Origin: Albugo candida
Taxonomy: Eukaryota
Reading direction: 5' to 3'
Length of the DNA: 64,000 nt
Assembly (NCBI GenBank): GCA_040437565.1
Contig: JBDOQK010000041.1
Span: forward strand, 186,001 to 250,000
Shown one piece after another: positions 11,658 to 23,479 of this stretch. Position 1 is the stretch's first letter, and each line of letters opens with the position of its first letter. The translations under genes were made by a program, and so were the position numbers. The notes under the pieces are model-generated. The model saw only the letters and a program-made list of their open reading frames with translations. It was not told where the DNA came from and made no database searches.

Positions 11658-14277
11658 TAGACCGTATCAATGAATTGTTTTCGACATAAAATAACCATTT
11701 AATACGCAGCGCGGCTCTTAACAGCGAAAACACTGGACTTTAGTGGAGCTAATAGCTAATTTATTCCAGTCAGCGTACAGTCAATCAGTCGGTGGAGCGG
11801 AACGTATGACTCTGAGAAGTGAAATAAAGTACGCAAAAGGCAGACTCCAAAGAAGCTCGGATGGCACGTGTCAGCCCCATAAGAACTGACAGAAGAAGAC
11901 AAGCCGAAGAATTGGGTAACTTTTCCCAGATTATGGATTCATTAAAGCACAATCATCAATGCATCAGGACAAGGAAAGACATGGACACGAGACCGAATCA
12001 GTGCGATCTGGGAAATGGGTTTGAAGACGCAAATAATGTGGTGCAACTGCGGGAACCCCGACAGAGAGAGAGATTCCCGTAACGAGATCTTCTTTTGATT
12101 TGAAGACATTGTCCAAAGATTGGGAGCAAGATACCACGCCGATTTCGACGAAAGTATCAATTATAGTCAGCGCGCCCAGCAGGCATGTCTCCATGGATTC
12201 GTCTTAGAACAGGTTCACACGCAGGTAATGCAACCAATTCTGCATGCTTCGAATTCAGAAGGAAATGAAAGTGAGATGGACAGAATCGGGGAAGATTTGC
12301 AACAATTAGTGTTTTTAGTGAGGAGGGTTCGCTTGAAATATATCCAACGTGCAAAAAGCTCAGCCTACATCATTGTCTCTTCTGTATTTCCGGAGCGTAA
12401 CTTTTCAAATTGTGCTACCAAGAAGATGGAGCGAGATTTATCCCGAGTACATCATCTCATGAACGTGCTCGAGGTAAATATGGTACAAACGTTCTTGTTA
12501 TCAAGACATGAGGTCGAGAACGCGTAATTAGTGATAGATATAATGACTTCACTTGAGTCCGTAGAAAAAACAAAGAAGTATATCAAAAGTCATTATTATC
12601 GAAGAAATATCAGAATTCCGTACATCGGAATCCAAATTGACGACCACCCGCGACCAGATCATTGCGCGGAAAGCAAGAAAAAAACAGGCAACCAGTCTCG
12701 AAAAGATATCGGAAAAATCTACCACTGGAACGAATAGGTAGAAAAAAATAGAAATGTGTAAGATTGACTTAAAACGATCAATCGACCACTAATATTTGGT
12801 CGAGGCTATCGACACCAAACCGAATTATTGTTGCGTACTTTCGGCTAAGACTTACGTAGCTGAGAAGTCTCAACAGTTCATGGCTCTCGTCGAGCTACAA
12901 TTTGACTTCAAGATTCTNNNNNNNNNNNNNNNNNNNNNNNNNNNNNNNNNNNNNNNNNNNNNNNNNNNNNNNNNNNNNNNNNNNNNNNNNNNNNNNNNNN
13001 NNNNNNNNNNNNNNNNNTAGACCGTATCAATGAATTGTTTTCGACATAAAATAACCATTTAATACGCAGCGCGGCTCTTAACAGCGAAAACACTGGACTT
13101 TAGTGGAGCTAATAGCTAATTTATTCCAGTCAGCGTACAGTCAATCAGTCGGTGGAGCGGAACGTATGACTCTGAGAAGTGAAATAAAGTACGCAAAAGG
13201 CAGACTCCAAAGAAGCTCGGATGGCACGTGTCAGCCCCATAAGAACTGACAGAAGAAGACAAGCCGAAGAATTGGGTAACTTTTCCCAGATTATGGATTC
13301 ATTAAAGCACAATCATCAATGCATCAGGACAAGGAAAGACATGGACACGAGACCGAATCAGTGCGATCTGGGAAATGGGTTTGAAGACGCAAATAATGTG
13401 GTGCAACTGCGGGAACCCCGACAGAGAGAGAGATTCCCGTAACGAGATCTTCTTTTGATTTGAAGACATTGTCCAAAGATTGGGAGCAAGATACCACGCC
13501 GATTTCGACGAAAGTATCAATTATAGTCAGCGCGCCCAGCAGGCATGTCTCCATGGATTCGTCTTAGAACAGGTTCACACGCAGGTAATGCAACCAATTC
13601 TGCATGCTTCGAATTCAGAAGGAAATGAAAGTGAGATGGACAGAATCGGGGAAGATTTGCAACAATTAGTGTTTTTAGTGAGGAGGGTTCGCTTGAAATA
13701 TATCCAACGTGCAAAAAGCTCAGCCTACATCATTGTCTCTTCTGTATTTCCGGAGCGTAACTTTTCAAATTGTGCTACCAAGAAGATGGAGCGAGATTTA
13801 TCCCGAGTACATCATCTCATGAACGTGCTCGAGGTAAATATGGTACAAACGTTCTTGTTATCAAGACATGAGGTCGAGAACGCGTAATTAGTGATAGATA
13901 TAATGACTTCACTTGAGTCCGTAGAAAAAACAAAGAAGTATATCAAAAGTCATTATTATCGAAGAAATATCAGAATTCCGTACATCGGAATCCAAATTGA
14001 CGACCACCCGCGACCAGATCATTGCGCGGAAAGCAAGAAAAAAACAGGCAACCAGTCTCGAAAAGATATCGGAAAAATCTACCACTGGAACGAATAGGTA
14101 GAAAAAAATAGAAATGTGTAAGATTGACTTAAAACGATCAATCGACCACTAATATTTGGTCGAGGCTATCGACACCAAACCGAATTATTGTTGCGTACTT
14201 TCGGCTAAGACTTACGTAGCTGAGAAGTCTCAACAGTTCATGGCTCTCGTCGAGCTACAATTTGACTTCAAGATTCT
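11658..14277. repeat. Exact 1260-bp direct duplication across a 100-N gap (11658-12917 = 13018-14277); probable assembly overlap
   Basis: Identical sequence at offset 1360, ending and starting exactly at the gap edges. ORF tracks are duplicated. Confidence 0.9.
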
Positions 14278-14540
14278 TCTCTAGGAACTGGTGGCGCGTA
14301 GTGTTCAAGAATTTCGCTTTTTTGCTAGGAAGCGAGAGTACGAATAAAGATCAGCGATTTCGAATTTGAAGCATTAAATAGGAAAGCTGTAGAAGACCGA
14401 ACAGGCTGAAACAAGGAATAAAGTACCCTTTGCAGGTTTTGACAGGAAAGGATATAAGCTTTGTTGATGTCGTCTCGAAAGAGTTCTCTTGAAGAAGAAG
14501 CGAACTAGGCGCTGCTATCAAAAATGCGATGGTATTAAGT
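11861..14540 (+). pseudogene. Decayed helical/charged protein of unknown family (one copy after collapsing the overlap)
   Basis: Consecutive plus-strand ORF pieces (73, 135, 68 aa and further pieces) separated by single stops or frameshifts. No recognisable motif. Confidence 0.3.
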
Positions 14541-15724
14541 GATACAAAATTTCTTTACTGTATTTACCCAAAACAAAGATTGTGAATGTCACTCAGCATA
14601 TGAATAATGTGGATGCAATGTTTATAGAAGCAAATGAATAATATAAGGCTCATCAAAATGATTTGACAGATATAGACATGGACCCTCCTGAGGACACCAT
14701 CGCTGGAGTAAATAGACTAAGAGTGCTACAAGAAATAATAACTACCTGACCCTATGGAAAGAAAATTCGAGGTCTAATTAGCTTTTCAGGGATACATTGA
14801 TCCGGGACAGAAGACGTATAGTGTGAAATGTAGCCAGAAAGATATGTTACATGGAAGGAGGCTGCAGACTTGTATCACTAAAAGAAAAGCAAACATGACC
14901 ATCGTGACAAGAATCGATTTGATCAAAGCCGTGCAAACCAAGTGAGTATTCAAGTCAGAAACGGATGCAAACAAAAATCTGGAACGGTAAGATAAGAATG
15001 ATTGCTTGACGTACGAGGAAATCTTCGGAATCAACCAAAACATGACCTTTGCAGCAGTTATGTATTGGAAGTCAGCAAAAAACATACTGGCTATAGCGAG
15101 GATATGGTGTTTGCCTGTAAGGCATGGCGCGATAACAAACGCATAATTAAAAGATTCAATAGAAAGGAACCTGGACATGTATTATTGCGTGCCACAAAAG
15201 ACGAGTTTATGTATGCTGAAAGAAGAAGAGCTTCTGTGAATCAGCTCCTCCATGAAAGCTGAATGTTGCGGCTTTCTAGCAAAGTCTCATACAATCATGT
15301 TCGTAGTACAAGAAAGCTTCAACTTCAACTTCAACTACGGTTTTGGCAGCATACGTACACAATACATTGATAACAGCTAGAGGAGATTCCCCGATCGTGT
15401 CGACATCTGAGTTTCTTGGAAAACTTTCAATTATGGGCATCGGACCCGTCAGAATGTTTTCGGGTACGTCAGTTCACTACAGCGAAAGGAGGGATATCTC
15501 TTAGTTGGGCGCCTTAATTATGAAACCTGATAGCAAAAATGTGCTAAAGACAAGCGCACGCTGTTTTTACACCTACTGTGATTTTTCGGCAGGAGGGATA
15601 GAAGTCTTATTCAAAACAACGGACCAGTCGGCGTTGGTCCCGTGTTGATAAAGTAAATAAAGAGCACAAAAGTTATGAAGATTAGCTGGTGGTGAAGTAG
15701 GCACCCTGCTCCGAGCATCCCACT

Positions 15725-17050
15725 TTCTCCCAAGTTCAATTATTCTTGTTGATTGTTTCCTTCCAGCTGACCATGGAGCTTTATGATCTTTATCTCCTAT
15801 CCTTGACACTTCAGTTGGTCTTGTTGAAAAAACTGCTCGTGTGATGCTTAAGTCTTTGGTATTCCAGAGTCTCGTTCACAAAATTTTTAGTATATAAGAT
15901 TCCTGTCACCTCCCTTCCAGATAATAATTTAGCTCTTTGATCTTTACCTTCTTAAACATCACACTCCAATTGTTCCGGTCGAAAATTTTCTTTCAGCTGA
16001 TGATTGGACTCTTTGTTCGTGCTTAATATTCCAATTGTTCTTGTCGTGACAAATCTTGTCGTTCAAACATCAATGACTCTTGCTGAGTAAATCTATCCTA
16101 GGTGATGATTGAATTCTTTGATCTTCATCTCTATTTCTTCACACTTCTATGCTGCTATTGTTACCTATCCTGTCCTTGAAATTTTTATTGTTGATACTTT
16201 TTTTACCGCCTGATCATTTATGGTTGATCTTCATCTCTTGTCTTTCAAACTTCAATTGTTCTTGTTGATACTTCTCTTACAGCTTGTTCTTGGGATCATC
16301 TATCTTGCCTTGTGTCGCTCACACTTAGACTGTTTCTATTGAGACTGTAATTCCTGCTAATGATCGAAATCCTTGATCTTCGTCTCTCGTCCTGAATATT
16401 CCAATTGTTCTTGTTGTGACAAATCCTTTCGTTCACGTTTCAATGACTTTTTTTTTAAAGATCTATCCCAGGTAATTGTTAATCTCTTCGATATTCCTCT
16501 CTTGTCATTCACATTTGGTTGTTGCTGTTGTGTCACATCTTGTCGCTCACACTTAAACTGTTCTTGTTGAGATTATCCTTTCGCCTAATCATTGATGGTT
16601 GATCTTCATCTCATGTGGTTCACACTTTCATTGTTCTTGTTGAAACTTCTCTCCAGCTGCTTATAGAGCTGTTTGATCATGCCTTGTATCTTTAACACTT
16701 CAAAGTTCTTGTTGGGACTTTTATTCTACCTCATCACTAATGGCTGATCTTCAAATCCTCTCGTTCTTACTTCTTATTAAGCTATACGAAATTTTCTGAT
16801 GTCGTTCGCAATTCAATAGTTCTTGTCGAGGATTTTCTTTCTGATGATGATGCAACTCTTAGATATATGATGTTGGTCCTTGTTCTACACATTCCAAGTG
16901 TTCTTTTCGTGACAAATCTTGTCGTTCAGCCTTCACTTTTTCCTGTTGATAAAGTATGTCCCAGATGATGATTGAGCTCTATGATCTTCATCTAGAAACA
17001 AACAGACTTCGATTGTGCTGTCGCATCTTTTCTTCGCGCTCTTCCATTAT
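15725..17050 (-). pseudogene. Repeat coiled-coil tail of the kinesin family (about 72-nt/24-aa degenerate tandem repeat); probable 3' part of copy B
   Basis: Recurring caacaagaacaattgaagtgtgaacgacaagagatgaagatcaaagagctcaatcatcagctg (QQEQLKCERQEMKIKELNHQL). It begins MEEREEKMRQ, matching the neck-to-tail junction in copies A (EVKSLRLAQSECARHEMKI) and C (LEEKVR). Confidence 0.7.
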
Positions 17051-17599
17051 AATCAGCACGTTTAATCGATAAACAAGAATTCTTCCTCTTCTCAGAAAAG
17101 ATTTATTGTGGCAAAAAGAATCCCATTATCTTAAAGTACATAGGCTCCGCTTTAAGATGATGGAGGCCATTTTCTATGGGACGAGCTATATTTGGCCGCC
17201 CGAAAATCAATGATGCTAGCTTTTTTTCTATTGGAAATGTTTATATCAGTCAATTTATTCATCAACCCCAAAGGTGTAGCTCAGTTTCATAATTTTGGAA
17301 GTGCTTATACAGTAAATCCTTTCGTACTCAATACTGTTGGAGCCGACCTTTTTTAATAGGTATGTATGACAAGTTGCTTATTATGAAACAATCTCCGAAA
17401 GTATGGTCCCGTTACTGTGGTATTAGGCAGTGAGGCAGTTCATGTCCATCAAGGTTGAATTTGGTACGTGTCGGTGAGAACGGTACCTTTTGACGGCGTT
17501 CCGCATCTTTACCACTTAACCCTTTGCGGTAAACATCCATGTACCGCAAAAAAAACCTGTGTAATTTTTTGAAAAATGGGGAACCACCCTCAAAATCTA

Positions 17600-19860
17600 T
17601 AGTGAACTTTTTTCAAGTCGATACGTCAAAACGGACGATAGCATATTGACGCCGCTGAGATTTTCGATAGCAGTTCCTTATCTCGGTCCCACTGACCGAA
17701 TTCAATGCTTTTGGCCCCATGTCCTTTAGTCCAGTCCAAGAATAATTGCATGTTTTCGTGCGTACCGCTTGGCAGAGTCCCAAAAGTTCTCAATGAAGTT
17801 AAGTTCACCATAAATTTTTGGATAAAATATTATCATGCGGCCGGCACCAACCATAAGCTCTTATTACATACATTTCTGGCGAAGAAAGTCTAGATGATTT
17901 GTCATGATTTTTCTGGCACAGTTGTCCAGTTCGGTTGGAGGACATGTAATGCGACAGTCAAGTGTAGCCGGCACGCCAAAGTCCTCGTTCTTCAAGAACA
18001 AGTTTGATACCTTTTGCCTTGCCACGAATTTTTCAATTACATGATCTCCTGGAACAATCAATTCCTGATAAATTCCATTTCCCCAAGTCGTTTGTCGCAT
18101 CAGATGTTGTTTTCCACCAAATCCCAGGTTCATGCGGTTTGCACAGAGAGCATCATCCGCAAAGGCAGCATGGCTGGTGGCATTGTCAAACTCAATGAAG
18201 GCCTGCATGCCTTAAAATTGTGCCTCAAAGATGGGGATTGCTCGATCAAGCAGAGGTCCATTGCCTCCCACCATCCGTCGTGCTGCATTCCAGGGTGCAT
18301 TATCACACAAGGTTGTTCTGGCAGCGTCGGGAAGGGCTTTTTTCTCTTGGTCCAGGGCGAAGCGTCCCGAAATTGGACAAAGGAAGTCATTGACATGAAT
18401 GGATCTCCCTTGGCCTTTCTGGCGCAATGGTTGTTCTCCATCCGGTATCCAAAGGCGCTTCAACCCATCATTGGCAGCAAACTTACTTTCATCATGGGTC
18501 ACCAGAACAAGTGGTTGAATATTCGCTACTGGCCATATTACATCATCTTGGTTATTCTCGAAATTATGATCTTTTGCAGGGAAAACAGACATGCGAACAT
18601 CTAGTTCATCTAATCTGGCCAGAAACTTTTGGCGATACTCAATAACATCATCTCTTTCATGACCATCGATGTAAATCCCCTTGGCAACTACGCGGTAGGA
18701 TATTTCTAAGGACTGTAGCCAGCGTATCATCGTTCGTTCCGATACTTTGGGCAAGGATCGTATTCTAACTCGGGGAGGATTTCTTCATTCGTGCGTTTTG
18801 TCAAGGTTGCAATTTCGACATCGAACTTATTTGCCTGGAGGTATTACTGTAGGGTAACGATACAGTCCTCGTCTTGAAGGAAACTAGATCGCTTGGCGTG
18901 TTTCACTTGCTTCGACTGAGGCAGAGACCCGTCTTTCATAAACGCTCCAGCCCATGTCCGTATTGTTCTAGAGAAGTAAGCCCTCTTACTGGGATAAAGG
19001 AACTTGCCGCTTTCTTCGTTTTCCTTGAATTGAGTAGTCGAAAGTACCCGAGTAGCGCTGCTTCACGCGCATGTGCTGCATGGTCCTTCCGTTTGGCTTT
19101 CGATTTAGGTTTTGAGATTATCAAGTGCCAAACTGATATCAGATTTGGTCCACCTAGTACCCTCGTCTTTATCGGATTCATCATCCAAGTCTGCATCATT
19201 TGCGTTACCCACATCCACTTCTTCTGTAAACGTTGGTTGCAGAGTCCAGTATTTTGTCAACGGCTTGGTGCCTCTCGCAGCATCATTTAGCACCGCCTTC
19301 TTGCGTCTTTGTGTGCGTGACGAATTTCCCAGATACCGCAGTGGTCGGTTGCTCTCGTTCGCCAGCACTGGAAGGACAGCTCTCTCCATATTCTCAACGA
19401 TCATGTCATCACCTTCCACTTCATTTTCGTTCTCCATCTGGGATTCATTTTCACTGCAGGCGCTGCTACTTTTTAATTCATGCACACCACCATGGACTTC
19501 AATTTTCTGCTTCTTGTTCTCTGCAGCATGTATTGATGCCATACACAAGTGTTTCCTTTCTTTTTGGAACGTGGCATTACTACTTTGGGGAGCTATAAGT
19601 GCACAAAAAATACGAAGGGCGTTATGAGCTTCTGCAGTGATATCCACGAACCTTGTCCATAGAGCACATACTATTTTATGGATCCTCCAATTGTGCTTTA
19701 CGAAACCCCTAAAGATCATGGCGATTGATTAACCTACCTACATATCTGATTGGATAACAGAACCGGGTATTGGCACGTTAGAATTATAGGCTGCATGAAA
19801 TTGAATTTTTGAAATTTGGCCGCATAAATCGGGGGTGTCGGTTATAAGTGTCTTACACTA
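17600..19860 (-). mobile_element. IS630/Tc1/mariner-superfamily transposase pseudogene with a long catalytic spacer (about DD131E)
   Basis: SKQ.KHAKRSSFL.DED, GIYIDGHERDDVIEYRQKFL, LVTHDESKF, KGQGRSIHVNDFL, EFDNATSH (D at 18185-18187), KGIKLVLEERGLW, FYPKIYGELNFIENFW (E at 17789-17791). Several stops and frameshifts. The right end ...GTCGGTTATAAGTGTCTTACACTA-TA resembles an ITm terminus; the left end is not resolved. Confidence 0.85.
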
Positions 19861-19864
19861 TACT

Positions 19865-21144
19865 TCTTTCTTCGCCGTTTCCTAATACTTTGGCACATTG
19901 GTGGAATGTGGAATACGTTTTCTCTATTTCTAGCTGTTCTTCCATTTTCCTATCGATCCCCCTAATATCATTAAAGCTCCCTCGCTACTTTACCCTCCTT
20001 GTTTTTGGTCTTCTTAATGTGCTTGCTGATTCGCAAGGTCGACAAGTTTTCCGCTAAATCCAACTCGCTGCACTCAATGTTGATCAGTATTGTGGTGAAC
20101 GTACTTCCAATCAGCGATTCGTGCACTATGCGCGTCATCTTGTTATCGCGGTAAGGCATGTCAGCTGGTATTCGGATGCGTCAGACTGTTGGTCACCCAC
20201 CGTACCCAGACTTGACAGCTATTATTTTATCATCTTCGCCTCCTCTAGTCGCTTTCCGCTCGCCTCGGTACCATCCCAGACCCTGCTTTAATTGGGATGT
20301 GTGGCTGTGACAATGTAATCACAAGCACGCTGTGGCTCCGTGACCTGCGCATATTCATCGCCGTGGAAGTGATGGAGCACTATTCGATAGCATGACGCAC
20401 ATACTTCATGAATCCTGCGAGGTTTGATACACATACCTCTCGCATACTTTCCACACACACGCATCCCCGATATCTGTAGCTTCCATGCTCCTTGTGTGTC
20501 CAGAAGATCCCGCACTTGCTTCATGTAGATTTCGATGAAACTCACCGTTAACACAAATTCCACGTTTGCATCAGCAGGTCCATCACCCTCACCAATGCGG
20601 TCAAAGATTTCCGCAGCTGTCCTTAGGATGATGTCGTCTTTTTCGGCCCGTTTTTCTTCGCCGTCTTCCATCGTATACGCTTTTACGGACGATGTCTGTC
20701 GATAGGCGAGAAATGGTTGCATTGTACCCTTCCATAATATCTACGAAAACATCAGTCAGATACAGAGCACAAATGGCTATTGGACGACTAAACCATACCG
20801 TCGACAGCCGGACGGGCAGCCGCATTCAATACCGTCAGCTGATCATCTTTTGTCGGTAAAGACATATTTGTAATGAAATTCACAACAACAAAAAATTCCT
20901 ATGAAAACGAAACAATAGGAGACACATGAACGAATTCATGGTTAAAAACGACGAGTAAATTGTTTACCGCTGTTTTGAACGCACTTGGGTCTATTGTGGC
21001 TGCTACTATATGCATTTACAGGTCTTAGTCGGCAGACCATAGCAAACGTTGCTTCTTTTTTTGCTATTTACTTGCATAGCGATAACGGCAGAATAACCTG
21101 ATTCAAAGCATTTATAAACAAACCTTTGAGTTCACCATGGGCAT
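19865..21144 (-). pseudogene. Kinesin pseudogene copy B (motor and neck, intron-containing)
   Basis: DIMEGYNAT..AYRQTSSVKAYTME (eroded P-loop), VSFIEIYMKQVRDLL, RSHSVL, AGSG (LYLVDL deleted), LEEAKMIK, MPYRDNKMTRIVHESL, AENLSTLR. Colinear with copy C, including the 5' region. Confidence 0.9.
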
Positions 21145-21216
21145 TGTTGTCGATGGTTATTGTGTTTGCATAAAGTATTGATACATCTTCACTAAGGGCC
21201 GGTGTAGATGCTATTA

Positions 21217-21227
21217 ATTGGAAATGA
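21217..21227 (-). promoter_or_regulatory. Candidate oomycete initiator (INR-like TCATTTCCAAT) upstream of kinesin copy B
   Basis: The same motif is conserved about 75-85 nt upstream of the ATG in copy C (34664-34674). Confidence 0.4.
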
Positions 21228-21559
21228 CACCGAGTCACTTATCTCCAAATTAAACCGTAATAGCAGCATACCGGAATAGAAATGCTGTTACTATATAAAG
21301 TCAATAAGAGCATGATCAGAGGGGCTGCTTGTTTTTAGATGGAATCAACATATTGACGCACCTCCCGTCCAATCACCTCATGCATTCTCTTTCTTTCTTT
21401 CGTTCACATTAAATCAACGAGCTGTTGAAGTGCGGAATGGGAATTTTCGCCCGATATCTTCTTCTTGTCTGGAAATCCCGACACGTTTCTTTTTAAAATT
21501 CTAGGGTTATTTATCTATCTTTCTATCTATCTTTCCATCTATCAAAACTTTATGGTTTT

Positions 21560-23246
21560 CTCTATGTGGACAGTCGTAATGTTGGACCCAATTCGACCAC
21601 ATCTCTACACCTTCTGTGCCCAGTTTTCACAAGCTCATGCAATGAGGGCTCCTTACTGGTTCATCACTGAGACTGATTGTCTGCATCAGGTGATCAGCTT
21701 CTTCTTCGCTGTGTATGAGGCTCATTTGGAGCTCTCTGCGAAGCAAATTCCATCGAAATATTTTCCGTTACAGCTTGCTGGTGTGAACCTAATGCTGAAT
21801 TGCAGTTAGGGAAAAGGCAACGGGTGTGGTGGTTCAAGGTGTTATCGTAAATGGAAAGCGTTCATGGACAACCTATCATCAGCTGCTAGTTTTTTCCAGA
21901 ACTTGGTTGGGACAAGCAGCTCGATAGTTCTTTTTAATTGACTCAGACATGTAAGCTGATGTTCCCATATCCAGATTATGCACTTTTATAAGCGCGAATA
22001 TATGTAAGCAACGATATTTACCTACAGTACATTCCCCTTGGTGCTAAGCATACAGTGGGATCCTGCGATGGACTTGCTGCGAATTCATTGCTAGTTCCTG
22101 GGAAACATGAACACTTCCAGGGTTGAAGGGGGCTCTTTGTATTTCCCAGGAGGAGGAGACGCGAATTCCAGGATGCAGCAAATTGTCCTTTGATAGGTTT
22201 CCATCTTGTCTGGATATAGCTGATTATTGCTGACGAGTGTGCATAATTCTGCTCAAGTTTTGTCCAATTTGCCTCGAATTTTTGAACGCTGGTGCTTCTG
22301 ATCAATCCATACCAATCTACGATATACTCTGTGTATTCCTATCCAGAAAACATTGTTTGTAGTGGAAGTGCACATTTTTGTTGACGTGCCAAACACAGAG
22401 AATAGCGTCCTGACTGCTGTCACAAATATAAGCTCTCTGTCTATGGTCATTCTGAATAAGCAGTGATTTTATTTCTTGAAGTGCCCGAATTTAACCAGCT
22501 TCATTCTCCTCCTTCAATAAATACAAAGCAGGATGAAAAAGAGGCGTGGAGTGATTCACACCCACCACGCGCAGCAGAGGCACATGAAGTCTGTTTCTTT
22601 TATAGATGCAGTTCAACAAAAAGACATCAGGTTTAATTTCGGGTCAAATTGATGATTGTTGGATGAGCAAAAAAAGTTGTAGTTGGTTGGGTGTCATCAC
22701 AGCGATAGTCAAACTGGGAGTCAGAAATTCGGATCTCATTTAGTAAAGCAGTCATTGGTGTGCGTCACGGGGGTTTTCGCGTTGCACAGTGGTCTTTTCA
22801 ATGTGAATAAATACTATGGCGGATCGCAAAATGCTTCAGTTTTGCTGAACGGCAGATATGCGCTGCCGGTATGGTGCCTGTTGCTTTGAGTTGTCGTACA
22901 TTTTACCCTCATCAGCTGACATTTTTCGGCGCTTGCAAGGGAAGGAACTTCCTGGGCGAGAAATGGTTGTGAGTTCGGTTATTGACCTTCATAATCCCCT
23001 GACCGCCAGAACCTTTGATTATCCTTACATATATTCTTAAGGCGCAGTTGCAAAGACGTGTATATGGCCTTCTGTCAGTTTTCGTCCTTCTGTTCTGCTA
23101 TACACCACCTCTGTCGCATGTGAACCAGATCCCGGGGCCAGCTGAGCGAATGTTGGTAACAGAAAATCCTTGAAATGAGCGTGGGATTGAATTTTTCGGA
23201 TGAGGTCTTCAGATGTCTAATACTGGCTTTCAAGAGGATGTAGCAT
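21560..23246 (-). mobile_element. MULE/FAR1-type transposase pseudogene
   Basis: WFTCDRGG, HNH, FFAHP, PDVFLLNCIYKRNRLHVPLLRVVG..LLKEENE, MTIDREL, FEANWTKLEQNY..IISYIQTRW, and a C-terminal RRC..CG..G knuckle. Many frameshifts. Confidence 0.82.
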
Positions 23247-23479
23247 TCTAAGAAGAGGCATACAAGAATAGTGAAAAGAGTAGATGTATACAGAAGAAGA
23301 GGGATACAGGATAGAGAAATAAAAGTAGGTATTAACAGATCAGAATATGTTTCAATCATCGTACAGAGGAAAAGGACAAGCAAAAATATGAAACGACGGT
23401 GGGGGATACCTGGGGGTAAATGATATGTACTTGTATTTAATAGGAGTAGGATCTGTAAGAATGGTGTGTACACATGGAA

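Noticed and set aside
12531-12737. Non-LTR reverse transcriptase (IPYIGIQI resembling YLG)
   Set aside because: No YADD or other RT motifs seen nearby.
15725-17050. CRISPR-like array or non-coding satellite
   Set aside because: Eukaryotic context with no unique spacers; the units are codon-structured and match the kinesin tail in copy A.
17598-17636. Left TIR of the long-spacer ITm element
   Set aside because: Similarity to the right end is limited to TATAGTG plus a few bases; it may belong to a different element.
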